Shown one piece after another: positions 1-11,657 of a stretch of DNA of 64,000 nucleotides. Origin of the DNA: Giardia intestinalis. Its lineage: Eukaryota. The notes under the pieces are model-generated. The model had not been told where the DNA came from. It worked only from the letters and a program-made list of their open reading frames with translations, and did no database searches. The stretch lies in assembly GCA_000002435.2 (NCBI GenBank), contig CM018792.1; one strand, written 5' to 3'. Position 1 is the first letter of the stretch, and each line of letters starts with the position of its first letter. The position numbers and the translations under genes were made by a program.

Positions 1-3000
1 CCGCAAGATCGCCATGAGCAGGCACTTGTTCGACTTTCACGACCGCGCAGTCGCCAAGCACCGCGCAGAAAGGGCGCAGCAGGAGGCAGAGCGCCGAAGG
101 ACAGCGCTCCTCCAGTGCAAATCCGACGCGATAGCAGCTGGATACAACGAGTGGTACGACGCGCGGGTGTGCAAGGAGGAAGAGGAACACCTATCTAAGT
201 CAAAGCGCGACAGGTATGGCGGTAAACGGGCAGGCCTCTGGGAAGAGCATCTGATACTCAGCAACGCCTCTATTCGCGTTTCCTCAGTGGGCCCAGCAAG
301 GGCCCTTTCTGCTCCATATCAGCCAGCGTCTAATTGATGAAAAGTCTTCCTGCAAACCAAGTACTCTATTAAGTGGTTCGTTAGTGAATAGCACCTGTAC
401 CAAATAGAGAGTTGCATAACGAGCTCAGAGGTTTTCTTCCTCTGTTGAGCCCGTTGCATAGATGAAGTTGGTACGCCTCAATCAGATATCTGAAGTGCCT
501 CTTTATGAATGTACTCACAGATGCAACTAGAAGAGGTGCATCACACCTGACTCCATGTGTACAGACTTGACGCTATGCAAGATTACTTGACGGAAGTCTT
601 CAGGGACGCTAGTCATCGGTCTACACGCCAAGGATTAGGAGTCTACATAAGATGCTCTCGCTATACTCTTTTGTATGTTGAAAGGAGCTGATTTCCTAAA
701 ACACACTGATAAATATCAATAGCTTAAGCTTGAGGCCACAACTCCTCTTTGAACAACAGTCTATCGATGCTCAAGTATGGATTTCTAGAGTATTGATCAC
801 GATAACCAGGTCTTTGAGATTGTCTTAAATGTCCAACCTTTCTAAAGCGCAGTTTAAATGACTACTAGTTTCCATGGTTTGTAGGCCGTAGTATAGACTT
901 CGTTGAACTATTATACTTTTCCCATATCCCATAAACGTGCAGAAGGCTACTGTATTCTTGGAAGGGGTGATCTTTCATATATTTCTAAGCACTGAACCGT
1001 GGTTAGGATTGGTGTACAAGGTTATCAGACACACACGATGTCCATATTAAGACGCAGGACTTAAATGCTACAGGCGGCCTCAGAAAGAGCTCTCTGAGGG
1101 AACAAGAAGTGAGGCGACTAATGCACCGAAGATGCTGCGGGCCTCTGTCCACGGAGTGCAAACCCATTACTATGCAATTCGCTACCACAGGCTTCTGTCT
1201 GCGGCGACACAACTACTAGGTGACATCACACTCTGGAAGCTAGTGTGCGGGCTCACGTTGTAAGGTCGGCGGACCGGAGGATGCAGGAGCCACGGGGTAG
1301 TGACTGACCATCATGGCTTCTATAGGCTCTGCGGCTATTAGTACAGGGGCAGGGATGCTGCATCCTGGTGATTGGCCCAGAGCCGCACCATCCAATGGGC
1401 CGACGACCCTCATGTTGTTTCAATCTGAAGCGGCCTCCACTGCTGCCCCCGTACGAGTTGGAGAAGGGGTCGGCCCCATCGAATGCGGCAGAGAACAACA
1501 AGTCCCCAGTCTTCGGGCGAGGAAGATGGGTGATCTCGTCCAGGTGAAGCCGACTCCTCACCGTCCTCTGGGTCCTGCCTCTTCTACCGCCCTGGCACAA
1601 CATAGCTCGGTAGGGGGCGGCGTGTCTGCGCTACAGGACGCGTCGTCAAGAAAGAGTGGGCCTGGAGAGGCCCGACGGCCACCGCTGGGATAGGCCTCAG
1701 AAGCCCTTGGCTGCAGGATACGCTACTGCCAGGGTCAGTGCAGGCTATGGCTTTGAGGAAGCGCAGGACTGACGGGCGCTATCAGGAAACACCTGGCACG
1801 TTCTCGTGGAGAGGGGGACTCAGGCTTGGGGGCTTGGCAGTGTCGGGCCCGGGCTGGGTAGAGAGCTTGCTGTACCCGGAAGTGAAGACCCCAGCAAGCA
1901 GGAATAGTGGCCACAGCCAGTACAGCCGGCGGGTCGACCCGGGCCTCTTCAGCCGCGCTTGATGGAGCCCGACGTTGCGCCAGGCGACGGGACAGGGCAC
2001 CGGCCGTCTCTAGGGCATGCAGGAGGCGAGGCTTGTGAGCCCATGGGCGTCTGGCCTGCAAGCTGAGGCCACATCGGTGACGAGGCCCAGAGTGACGCAG
2101 CGTGGACGCTCTGTGGTGACGGGCCTGACAATGAGTGCAGCAAAGTTATGGGAATGGGCTCCGTCTGGGTCAGGACCTCAGAGTTCTCTTCGTCGTAAGG
2201 AAGAATAGGGCAGTGCGGTATAAGGGAGGCATCCGGCAAGATATGCTGGGAAACTGGCCCGTTGCGGTAAGTCACGGGCGCTGCCAAACACGGCGTCTCT
2301 TCTCTTAGACAGAAGACAGGCAGAATGGGTGACTGCGGAGGCTGCAGTGTCCGTGGTAGATCGCGGCATCGCAATGCGGCTGGGTCCGTGCCGGTGTGTC
2401 TGCCCGGACTCTAAGTGCGCTCTGAGGATCACCTGCTGATGGGCTGGAAGGCCCGAGAAGTGATGTGCTGCCCCTGTCATTGCGGGCAGCGCCCCGTGAC
2501 ACGCACTCGAGCCAGGGCCTCCTGGTGGCCAGAAGCAGAGCAGAGGCAGACGGCCGGTCGTGCATCCGTCCGGGCGGCTCACTGCATGTAGAGCGAAGAA
2601 GACCACTTGCGCCGCTCGGGTTATCGCTCAGCATCAAGTGCGGATGGAAGGCTGGGCCCGGCAACCAGGGCACCGACCTGTACGCTCCTGTCAGCCATCC
2701 CAGGCCGGCCAGAAGCCAGGCTCGACAGGCAGTGCAAAAGCCAGGGAAGCCAGCGTGATCATCGGGCCCGCGTTTGAATGCTAAAAAACTTGGGCGGCGA
2801 TGGCGACTGTCGTCTTCCTGGGAGGGCGCCTCTTCGCACAGGGTCAGCCGTCCTGGCCCTGCATGCTGGGTGCGCGGCTCGAGGGCGCGCTATGCTAGTT
2901 GAGGGCCTGCCAGGCGCTGCAGCCTACGAATAGCACGGACGGATGCAACGGGGTGTCCGAGCAGTGCACTGTCTTTGTCCCAGAGAGCTGTGGTTCTAAC

Positions 3001-6000
3001 CATGCGCCCTACACCAGCTCGGCATACCCCTGCTGCTTCCGCTGCTGGTCTGTCTGCCACTTGTTTATTATAGCGGGGGCGCATACGCTTGGGGTGTCGC
3101 CTAGGCACTGTAGTGGTCTTCTCTGACGGTGCGTGTATATTCACATGATGGCCGATGGGTGGAGCGGCTGCCTGATCTCCGAGCTCTCATTGCAACAAGG
3201 CGGGGCGTCGGCTGTCTACACGCCTCTAAGCGAGCCCGCGACCTCTGTGCAGATGCCTGCTCGCCGCGCTCCATAGTGACGGCTGTACACCCAGAAGGGG
3301 CTGCAGAATCCTCCGCTGTCCTTCGATGTGGACCACGGCTTGTGCACAGGCTAGCGACGGGGCCTGCACACTAGCTTCTATGGGCCCAGCCTGCCAGGCA
3401 CCTGGATCACAGTGCACGTCAAGACCGCACACTCGTTTGCATGCTCGCTGCTAATGTTGAACAGGACTGCGAGGGGTCTGTCTCTGGCCATCCTCGCCTT
3501 AGTACCTGGCCCTTGATGACACGCCTCAGTAGAGGATGGTGTCTTCTAAGTGCTCGGAAGACTATCCGTGCATGGCGGTTCCCGGAGAGTCGGTTCGCAC
3601 AGAAAGCGTAGATGTGCCCGGCGGGCTAGTGGGGTAAGGCTGGGGCTACAGAGACTAGCCATTAGTCCGGATTACAGCAGGGACACCTGTAGTGCCTCCT
3701 CGGCTCCTAAGCGTGGAAAGGCCGTAGAACTTGCAGATGAGTTGGAGGCTGCTTTTTGATTTTATGCATTTGCAGCAGAGCAGAGTTTACTGAAGGTCCA
3801 CTTATTCTAAATTCGAGGAGCCTCATCTCTTCCTCACACACGGTGAGATGATCGATTGTAGGGGTGTACTGTGCAAACCGGTGACAGTCAGCGTATCTAT
3901 TATCCAGACGGATACTGCCTGCGTCCTCCTGTGGCAGACCACCACCAGGGCCCCCAATCTACACATCTGTTCTGGCATCTGTCGGGCAATCATCACCTCC
4001 TGTCGAAGGATTGCTATACGTTACACATCTTGAGCCATCCATCGACCAGGTGGTGCCATAAGCTCTTGTCCCCTACTTGTCCACTCAATGCATACTCTGA
4101 GCGCCGCCAGTTGCACTCACGTCTGCACTACTCATCTGGATGCCCCCCACTCTTCAAGAGCACATGCCCGCAGCCGATGCTCCGTATTACAAGAGAAGTC
4201 AGCCGGATCACTGCGCTGTGCATAGCTCTCATAGGCGTGTTGCTATGCGCGCCCAGCCTTTCCACCCGTAGGCCGCCACGCGTTCACATGTGCGCCAGCG
4301 CCGCCGAGCTTTCGTGGTTTCGAGTGGCCCTGATGCATGGAGCGCTTGCGCACAAGTCCTTCCACCACTGACCCAGGCCGACCCCTCGCAAGATCCTTAG
4401 CGGAGTTGCATCCGAGATGTGTGTCTGCGTTGCTGTCCAGGTGCATGTGCCGGCCCTGGTGCTTCTCACAAGCTTGCGAGCATCGAGCTGGCCTCTACCG
4501 AACCGTATCAGAAGTCAGCACCAGGATGTGGTCCCCTCGGTTGGGCTCTGCAGGCTCCCAGAGCTACGCACCAAAGGGCCGTTCTTCTTTGCGCCGTGTA
4601 ACGTAGGGAGATGCACCGAGCTACTACGCCCTCTCCGTGTGGCGTGGTTTACGACGGGGGACGGGATCCCTGTGCTCATTGTCTATCTGCCCAGGGCCAG
4701 CCGCAGCCCGGGTTGAGGATGACAAGCGAAGATCTCCCAGCTCCTTGTCAGCGGGTGGGAGATCCCGCCACTCTAGTACCCACAACAAAGGGTGCCGATC
4801 ACTGGCAGAGGGACACGACACCCAGGCCCCGCTCCTTCCACTGATGGTACCTAATAAGAGACTCCTTTGTCGCCTGCACCAACAACCTCAGGCACCGTGG
4901 GTCAGAGTGCCTCCATAGTGGACAGCGGTAGCACTATGATGATCTGGGGTGATATGAGTCCTGGCTTACTGGCTCAGGAGGCAGCACGCTTTGGGTGGTT
5001 CTTCCCTCTTGTCCAGATCTGGGAGGGCTGGCTGCCTTCCGAGCCCCCTGGCACCTTGTCAGGTGATGGAGTGTCTTAAAGTATTCATTACAAAAGATCA
5101 GAAATAGCGCCATGCATTCCCAATAGATCAGAGGGTCTCACGAGCTACTCTATGCTGATTCACACCTTTCATGGACCCTAGCGACCACTGTAACCTTCTT
5201 TCGGGATCTTGCAAGGGACTGTCCTTGAGTGCGATTCCCCATGACAGCCGGGAGTCGCAGACATAATCCAAAGGGATGAGAGTACTACAGAGGCTGAGAG
5301 GAGAGTGCCGATGCACAGGGGTCCGCAGAGACCCGACTCGTACAGGGAAGGCGTGGAGGCTGGCTCTCCAGGGATGTAGAGCCACCAGGAAAGGAGCCGG
5401 CAGTGGGGCTGAGGGTCAGCAGAGGCACCCGAGCCGTCCTCTGATTGACCGCGAGGCAGCAGGCACATGGGGCGGCATCACCGCTTGTTTTTGGATTTTC
5501 TGCTTCCCTGCGCGTTGTGCAGGGGTCCGTAGTGGGTTGAGTATCACAGGCTACGCACAGCAACGCGTTTACTACCTAAGTACATCTACGCCTTCCCTCT
5601 GCAGATGAACCACCAGCAGAGGAAGCCCACAAGGCCTCCGACGACGACAATGACTGCGACAGAGATCCCCGCGATGGCACCGGTAGAAAGGCCGCTCTTG
5701 TTCGTGCTTCCGTCGGTACTGTCACCATCTTTTATGAGGTAGCAGAGGACGGAGCCACTACCAGCCGATGGAGGGGCGCAGCTAGCGCAGTTGGCGACGC
5801 CGGTGATGGATCCCCCGTCGCTCTTGTCGCATGCTATGCACTTTTCTTTGGACAGGTAGTACCCTGCAGCGCACACCGTGCACTTGGTGGCATCGTTCGC
5901 ATTGCACTCGGAGCACCCAGTGGCGCAGGGAACACACTTCTGAGTGTTACCGCCAGTCTTAGCATATCCAGCCTTGCACGTGTCGCACTGGTCCTGGCTG

Positions 6001-8424
6001 GTGCACGTCTTACATCCGGCCGAGCAAGTGGTGAGCGCGCCGTTATCCAGCTTGTACCCGTCGGCCGGAGTCTGACAAGCATCGCTCGCTTCTGCTGCGG
6101 CTAAGCAGACGCTCTTTCCGGGGAACTTGGTCGTCTCATAGCAGCCCCCGTTCATACGAAGAAGCCCGTTGGCGCATTTATTGCAAACACCACTTCCTTG
6201 AGTAGTGCACGTAATGGCCTTTCCGGCCGCCGCCGAGCAGACTCCGTTCTGCGGAAACTGGCCGGCGTCCTTGCACTTGGAGCAGTAGGCCGTGCCATTG
6301 ACCGTCAGCTCGCACTTCTCGCAGTTGTTAGCATTTGGCTCGCATCCTGGTTTGCACGTCCCCGTGTTGCCCTCTCCTTCGTAGCTGAGGGCCTTCTTAG
6401 GCTCGCAGCTCGTACACCCGTTGGAGTTCCCGTTCGCGCACGTCTTACACGAGGTATCGCACTTGGCACAGGCGGCTCCGCTCTTGTAATATCCGTCCTT
6501 GCAGGTATCACACTGTCCGTTCTCGTTGCACAGGAGGCAGTTCTCGACCTCGCACTTCTTGCAGGCCTTCTTGCCCCCCTCGTTGGTGCCCGCGTAGTAG
6601 CCTCCCAGATCTCCGCAGTTATCGATGCACTGGCCCGTGGGCGTGAGGGCCTTAGTGCCCTCGCACTCTGTGCACACCTCCTTGCTTGTCTTCGGCTCAC
6701 TGCATGTCTTGCAGCCGGGGGTGTTGCACTGGGGGTCGGATTTCTTCGTGCACCCGGTGCCCGCGTTGTCGGGAACGTAGCCCTCGACGCACTCACAAAC
6801 GCCAGAGGTCTTTTCCTCGTTGGAGTTCAAGGGGCAGCTTTCAACGCACCCCTTCTTGTTTGGCTGGATCTTCTTATTAGGCCCGCACGTCTTGCAAACC
6901 ACTCCGGTGGGGCCTTTCTCACAAGTGGCGCAGTCCACCGTCCCTCCGGAAGCGCAGGTGTTGCACTCCTTTGCTTCCTTATCAACGTAATGAGTTGCCG
7001 GGCAGCCGTTTGCGTCAACGCACGTGCCAGTTGTGGACTCGTCATCCTTCTTTAGGTACGGCTTGTCATCCTTGCAGGAGGTGCACTTCGCAGCCCCAGT
7101 CTTACAGGTCTTGCATGTCTCAGCGCACTTGCTGCATTTTTTACCGCCCGTTGTATCGACGAAGAACCCTTCAGTGCCGGTGCACTCCTGTTCCGTCACA
7201 CACGACGTCGCGCCCCCGTCCGTCTTAACAATCCTCGCGGTTTGCTGCGCATCAGGGCCGCACGCAGTACACTTAGCAACTCCATTAGCTTGGCTCGTCA
7301 GTGCAGACCCGTCACAGGTAGTGCACCCGGCCACGCCCGTGTATGTCTTATCGCCAAGCGTTATGCCCGTCGCGTCTCCGCACGGTATAACCGACTGGTG
7401 AGAGACATCTGCGCCCGGTGGCACGAAGTATCCTTGCGCGGCTTGTGTGCATTTTCCCTCAGAGGCTTGCGTGCACATGGTCTGTCCGGGCTGCTGGGCT
7501 GCTTCGTAACACCCGCCCTTGTACATGAAAGTCTGACCAGCGCACTGTCCACAGGTCTGATCGGCTGTATTGCCTCCGGAGCTATCTTTACACTTATCTG
7601 TTGCACCATCTTTGCCTACACATTTTCCATTGATAGGAACAGATCCTGCGTCACATTGAGAACAGTACAGCTTATCGCCAATCAGAACGTTACATGCGTC
7701 TGCTGCACAATTAGTGTTATCTGCGCATTGAACTTCCCGCACGTGCTCTGCTACTTTTTCTGCCCATGCAATCTGGATGGCTAGGCCCGCGAATATAAAA
7801 CTACCGAACATTAACCAATCTGATAAATTGATAGGAAAAGAATCGCGGTACGTTCAGCCAATCCGTGTGACTGACACACCGCGGAGTATGGTAGCCTGCT
7901 TGGCGATCAGTAATAAAACGGGATCCACTAGTCTTCTTGAATGTTGCTTCACCCCTCACAATCTAGACACAATGATGATCACCCGACCACTTGTGTGGCC
8001 CATTGTCTTGCAGCGCGGAGCCCTACAGTGGCCATCTTCTGAACGACGCCACCCTGCCATTCGCGGAGGGCCCCTCATCCTCCCTCGTTATAGACCGTGG
8101 CAAAAGAGACACAGCAGGCGGCTTGTCCATCTCCGTAAACATCCGAGAGGGCCCTGCCTGTCTGTGTGAGGAGGTTTACTCTTTCCACCGAGGGCGGTTT
8201 TCGACTACTTCCGGCGCATCAGTCGCGTCCGGGCGGTGGCGTGCCGCTGGGGCCTGCCTGCGGCGTGGTCCAGAAGTCTCACGGGTAAGCCTCGCTCAAT
8301 TCCCGGCCAGCCCGGAGGCGAAGGGTGGTCGTGGGTCGCAGTGATAGCCACAGCGGTGGCAAAGAGGGGTCCCCTCCACGTGTGGATCTGGGGTCTCGCG
8401 TTCCTCGGCTGTTCTGCGGGCATG
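1..8424. repeat. Left arm of a giant inverted repeat (palindrome), truncated at the window start. Mirror of ~11045..19468, with coordinates summing to 19469.
   Basis: Every six-frame ORF in 14..8420 has an exact or near-exact reverse-strand twin (e.g. 14..337+ vs 19132..19455-, 5586..7811- vs 11658..13883+, 8236..8420+ vs 11049..11233-). Nucleotide comparison at the inner edge shows identity decaying over 8415-8424 (catgtgcaca | caatcgg). Confidence 0.93.
5586..7811 (-). CDS. vsp: Variant-specific surface protein (VSP), 741 aa, left-arm copy
   Basis: Signal peptide MFGSFIFAGLAIQIAWA. Dozens of CXXC motifs and two GGCY motifs. C-terminal TM helix (GAIAGISVAVIVVVGGLVGFLCWWFI) followed by the invariant VSP tail CRGKA*. 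Giardia polyadenylation signal AGTAAAC lies 13 nt past the stop (5567..5573, minus strand). Confidence 0.95.
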   Translation of the reverse strand: MFGSFIFAGLAIQIAWAEKVAEHVREVQCADNTNCAADACNVLIGDKLYCSQCDAGSVPINGKCVGKDGATDKCKDSSGGNTADQTCGQCAGQTFMYKGGCYEAAQQPGQTMCTQASEGKCTQAAQGYFVPPGADVSHQSVIPCGDATGITLGDKTYTGVAGCTTCDGSALTSQANGVAKCTACGPDAQQTARIVKTDGGATSCVTEQECTGTEGFFVDTTGGKKCSKCAETCKTCKTGAAKCTSCKDDKPYLKKDDESTTGTCVDANGCPATHYVDKEAKECNTCASGGTVDCATCEKGPTGVVCKTCGPNKKIQPNKKGCVESCPLNSNEEKTSGVCECVEGYVPDNAGTGCTKKSDPQCNTPGCKTCSEPKTSKEVCTECEGTKALTPTGQCIDNCGDLGGYYAGTNEGGKKACKKCEVENCLLCNENGQCDTCKDGYYKSGAACAKCDTSCKTCANGNSNGCTSCEPKKALSYEGEGNTGTCKPGCEPNANNCEKCELTVNGTAYCSKCKDAGQFPQNGVCSAAAGKAITCTTQGSGVCNKCANGLLRMNGGCYETTKFPGKSVCLAAAEASDACQTPADGYKLDNGALTTCSAGCKTCTSQDQCDTCKAGYAKTGGNTQKCVPCATGCSECNANDATKCTVCAAGYYLSKEKCIACDKSDGGSITGVANCASCAPPSAGSGSVLCYLIKDGDSTDGSTNKSGLSTGAIAGISVAVIVVVGGLVGFLCWWFICRGKA

Positions 8425-9183
8425 TGCACACAATCGGACCTGAGGCGAAGGAGAGCCCGCGAGGACCCGATCCGCATTACGAACGCAAGATCGTACCTCC
8501 GGACCCCAAACAGCAAGCCGTGAGTCTCTACTTGGGAGACCACTCCGAAGACGCTTGCCCTCTGGCAGGACACACATGCTGGCTCTGTGGCCTACCGTGT
8601 GAGAGCGCCAACAACTAACCGAGCACCTGAGAGAAGCAAACGATGACAGACACAGAGTACCGGGCGACGACAAGCTGATCCTTCCGGCCCAGTACCGAAC
8701 CAGACAGAGCTCGCCATGCTCATCCACCAAGGTGCACCCATGATCGCGAGCATCGAGCAGGCAGGGACTGGGGTCGCTCTTCCCGCTATCAGGGGCCTAG
8801 ACGCCCTGGTGGGAAGCCCCAGAGGACTCAAGCAACACAGTAGAGCAGGCCCAGAGCAAGTCGGACCCAGATCCAGAGAGGGCGAGGCGCCGGATAGCAA
8901 ACAGGGTGAACAACGCGCTGAGCTTCGGGGCAGTTGCTAAGGCTCTCCGCGCCCTTGATGACACGCCCATGGTAGACATCAAGTCGGAGAAGGCCAAGGC
9001 TGCCCTCAGCGCGCTACACCCGTGCGTCCTCCCCGAAGGCTACGTTGGCCTTGACTACCCTCTATCGATGAACTCGACGGGGCTGGAGTGGCAACCGAGG
9101 AGGAAATGAGAAAGGCCCTGTTGGGACTCTCAACAAGAAGGCCTCGGGCGGTCCAGCTCAGGTGATGAAGCAGAACGACGACT

Positions 9184-9900
9184 GTGAAATGCCTCACGCA
9201 GGCGTACAACGAGCTGACCACCCACCCCGAAGGAGTCCGACGGATACCCCCGATCGCGATAGGCGAGACGGTCACGAACACCTTCCACCGCGTCCTGCTG
9301 AAGCGGCTGGTCAGGCATGCCAACTACCTCTCATGCGAACAGATCGCCTTCAAGCAGAACGCATACGCGGTAGGTGTGAGGAGGGCCCACGAGCTCATCA
9401 GCAGGCGGGGGTGCACCCCGTCTCCCTCGACATAAAGAACGCCCTCAACTCCCTCCCGAGGGCAGAGGTCGTCAGAGCCCTGAACGAGGCGGGCGTCCCG
9501 AAGGTCCTAGTCGACTACATTAGGAACTTCCTCGACCTGAGGCACAGCCGGGACGTGAAGTGCGAGGTCTGGGGCGTCCCCCAGGGCGACCCGCTCAGCA
9601 CTTTCCTCTTCTGCATGGCCATCGAGCGCCTCCTGAGACGCCTCAAGGAGAGGGGCATCACCTTCCTTGCCTAGCGGACGACATCGTGGCGCTCCACGAC
9701 GAGGCCTACCCGGCAGGCACGATAATACAGCAGGCCACGGTGGAGGCCGCCGCCATGGACCTGACGATCAGGAGCGACAAGTGCAAGTCCACCATGGCGG
9801 GCGAGGAGGTGACTTTCCTCAACCACCCGGTGTCCCCCACCCCTGCAAGCCTTGCCCCAAAGGCCATCGCAGGTGCTGAGACTGCCCCCATAACCATCCA
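9184..9900 (+). pseudogene. Reverse transcriptase domain of the dead retroelement, with frameshifts including a 1-bp deletion inside the YADD box
   Basis: gcc tag cgg acg aca at 9668..9682 would read FLA-YADD-IVAL if one C were restored (tac gcg gac gac). The RT motifs are spread over frames 1, 0 and 2. Confidence 0.8.
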
Positions 9901-10310
9901 CTAGAAGCTCATCTTGATGTCACTCTGTGTGGTCCCGATGGTGAACTACGCCCCCCTGGTCGAGATAACATCGGACAAGGCGGACTACGAGGAGCTCGAC
10001 AGACGTCGCACAAGGCTTCAGCAAAATAACCAACAGAAGCTGCGATCGCCTGGTCGACTTCCTGGCGTACCCGAAGGAGAAGGGCGGTCTGGGCCTGCTC
10101 ATGCCGGGGCTCTGCCACGACGAGCTGCGGAGGGCATGGGCCTCCCCGGACGTCAACAAGGGGACCAGGGACCCGGTGGAGCTGTCGGTGGGCGGCCAGG
10201 CACTGCAGGGGAAGGGGACCTACTTCAACCGCCTCCTCACGCGCACACATCAGCTTCCGGACAGAGCGGCGGCGTGCTGACCGAGGAGGAAAGGGCCCTG
10301 AAGGAGAGAG

Positions 10311-10802
10311 ATGGCTCGATCATGGCGCAGACAAGAGGCACCTGCCCAGGCTGCCACACGGCGAGGACCCTCGACCACGAGGCACGACATGATCGTCGCG
10401 TGCCTGTACCTCCGCGTCTCGGGGAAGTTCAACGCAGAGCTGGAGGTCAAGACCCACAGCCACCTCAGCGACCAGAACCAGAAGCCCGACATCTGGCTCG
10501 TCGACAAGTGCAAGGCAGTGGACGTGCGTGTCATCCAGCCCCGCCAGATGGATGCCTACTACAACGAGAAGGTCAAGAAGTACAGGGACGGGACGCTCCC
10601 GATCATCTACGGGACAGACGGCTCCCTCCACCCCAGTCCAAGGGGCACCTCGAGGAGCTCCACGTGGACCTCTATCCGGGCTGCCTTCGCCATCGCCCAC
10701 ATGGCTGCAAAGGCGAACGAGCACCCGACGAAGCTGATCAGACGCGACCGGGCCGAAAGCCTGGCCACCCAGAGCGACCGCCTCCTGTCATCCTACTTCT
10801 GA
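10311..10802 (+). pseudogene. REL-endonuclease-like C-terminal domain fragment of the dead retroelement. It is preceded by CCHC zinc-finger remnants in another frame.
   Basis: KPDIWLVD...VDVRV...EKVKKY resembles the PD-(D/E)XK motif of R2/NeSL/GilM-type elements. A Cys/His cluster lies upstream in frame 2 (9914..). Confidence 0.6.
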
Positions 10803-11657
10803 CAACCGAATGAGCCCATCCCTGGGACCTGTCGACAACGATCGAGGGGGGGGCAAAGACTGGACACACAACCGAGTTGAATCCCAACCAGTGGAGAGAG
10901 CCCCGCTAGCTGCTGCTGATCTACATGGACAGTATCGAAAATGACAACAAAGACCAGAGCTTCACCCACCATGAAGGGAGAACAAGGAGAGGCACCCTCA
11001 GTAGAACAGTGAGTCCGTAAGAAAACCTCGAAAAGATCGATGTGCACGCCCGCGGAACAGCCGAGGAACGCGAGACCCCAGATCCACACGTGGAGGGGAC
11101 CCCTCTTTGCCACCGCTGTGGCTATCACTGCGACCCACGACCACCCTTCGCCTCCGGGCTGGCCGGGAATTGAGCGAGGCTTACCCGTGAGACTTCTGGA
11201 CCACGCCGCAGGCAGGCCCCAGCGGCACGCCACCGCCCGGACGCGACTGATGCGCCGGAAGTAGTCGAAAACCGCCCTCGGTGGAAAGAGTAAACCTCCT
11301 CACACAGACAGGCAGGGCCCTCTCGGATGTTTACGGAGATGGACAAGCCGCCTGCTGTGTCTCTTTTGCCACGGTCTATAACGAGGGAGGATGAGGGGCC
11401 CTCCGCGAATGGCAGGGTGGCGTCGTTCAGAAGATGGCCACTGTAGGGCTCCGCGCTGCAAGACAATGGGCCACACAAGTGGTCGGGTGATCATCATTGT
11501 GTCTAGATTGTGAGGGGTGAAGCAACATTCAAGAAGACTAGTGGATCCCGTTTTATTACTGATCGCCAAGCAGGCTACCATACTCCGCGGTGTGTCAGTC
11601 ACACGGATTGGCTGAACGTACCGCGATTCTTTTCCTATCAATTTATCAGATTGGTTA

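Larger units (their letters stand above)
8425..11044 (+). mobile_element. Unique palindrome centre. It contains a degenerate, probably 5'-truncated non-LTR retrotransposon of the Giardia GilM/GilT/GilD (REL-endonuclease) type.
   Basis: On the plus strand in three different frames: RT motifs RIPPIAIGETV...LLKRL (9184..9435), VSLDIKNALNSL / VPQGDPLSTFLF / FLA[Y]ADDIVAL (9162..9900), CPGCHTARTLDHEARH (about 10300, CCHC-like), and a REL-endo-like PD..D..K segment KPDIWLVDKCKAVDVRV...EKVKKY (10311..10802). The exact element ends are uncertain. Confidence 0.8.

Noticed and set aside
1250-5585. The GC-rich ORF-less block as a Giardia rDNA unit, which is also very GC-rich and about 5.6 kb
   Set aside because: None of the universally conserved SSU or LSU rRNA sequence blocks could be found by eye. 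The GC content of about 60% is also lower than that of Giardia rDNA.
1253-5608. Dozens of 60-170-aa ORFs on both strands in the GC-rich part of each arm (mirror 13861..18216)
   Set aside because: They overlap one another in all frames on both strands, which is the expected consequence of about 60% GC leaving few stop codons. There are no motifs and no consistent strand or frame. They are treated as non-coding, although a decayed gene cannot be excluded.
6198-7055. 285-aa plus-strand ORF, and others such as 6305..6796-, 7242..7784+ and 7024..7401+, inside the left VSP gene. Their mirrors lie inside the right copy.
   Set aside because: They are antisense or out of frame relative to a textbook VSP. 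They have Ala/Arg/Leu-rich composition typical of GC-rich antisense frames, and no motifs.
8414-8424. A tgtgcaca mini-palindrome at the arm/spacer junction as a target-site or recombination signal
   Set aside because: The same short motif recurs elsewhere (e.g. about 3341). Because the flanks are inverted and not direct, no target-site duplication can be assessed.
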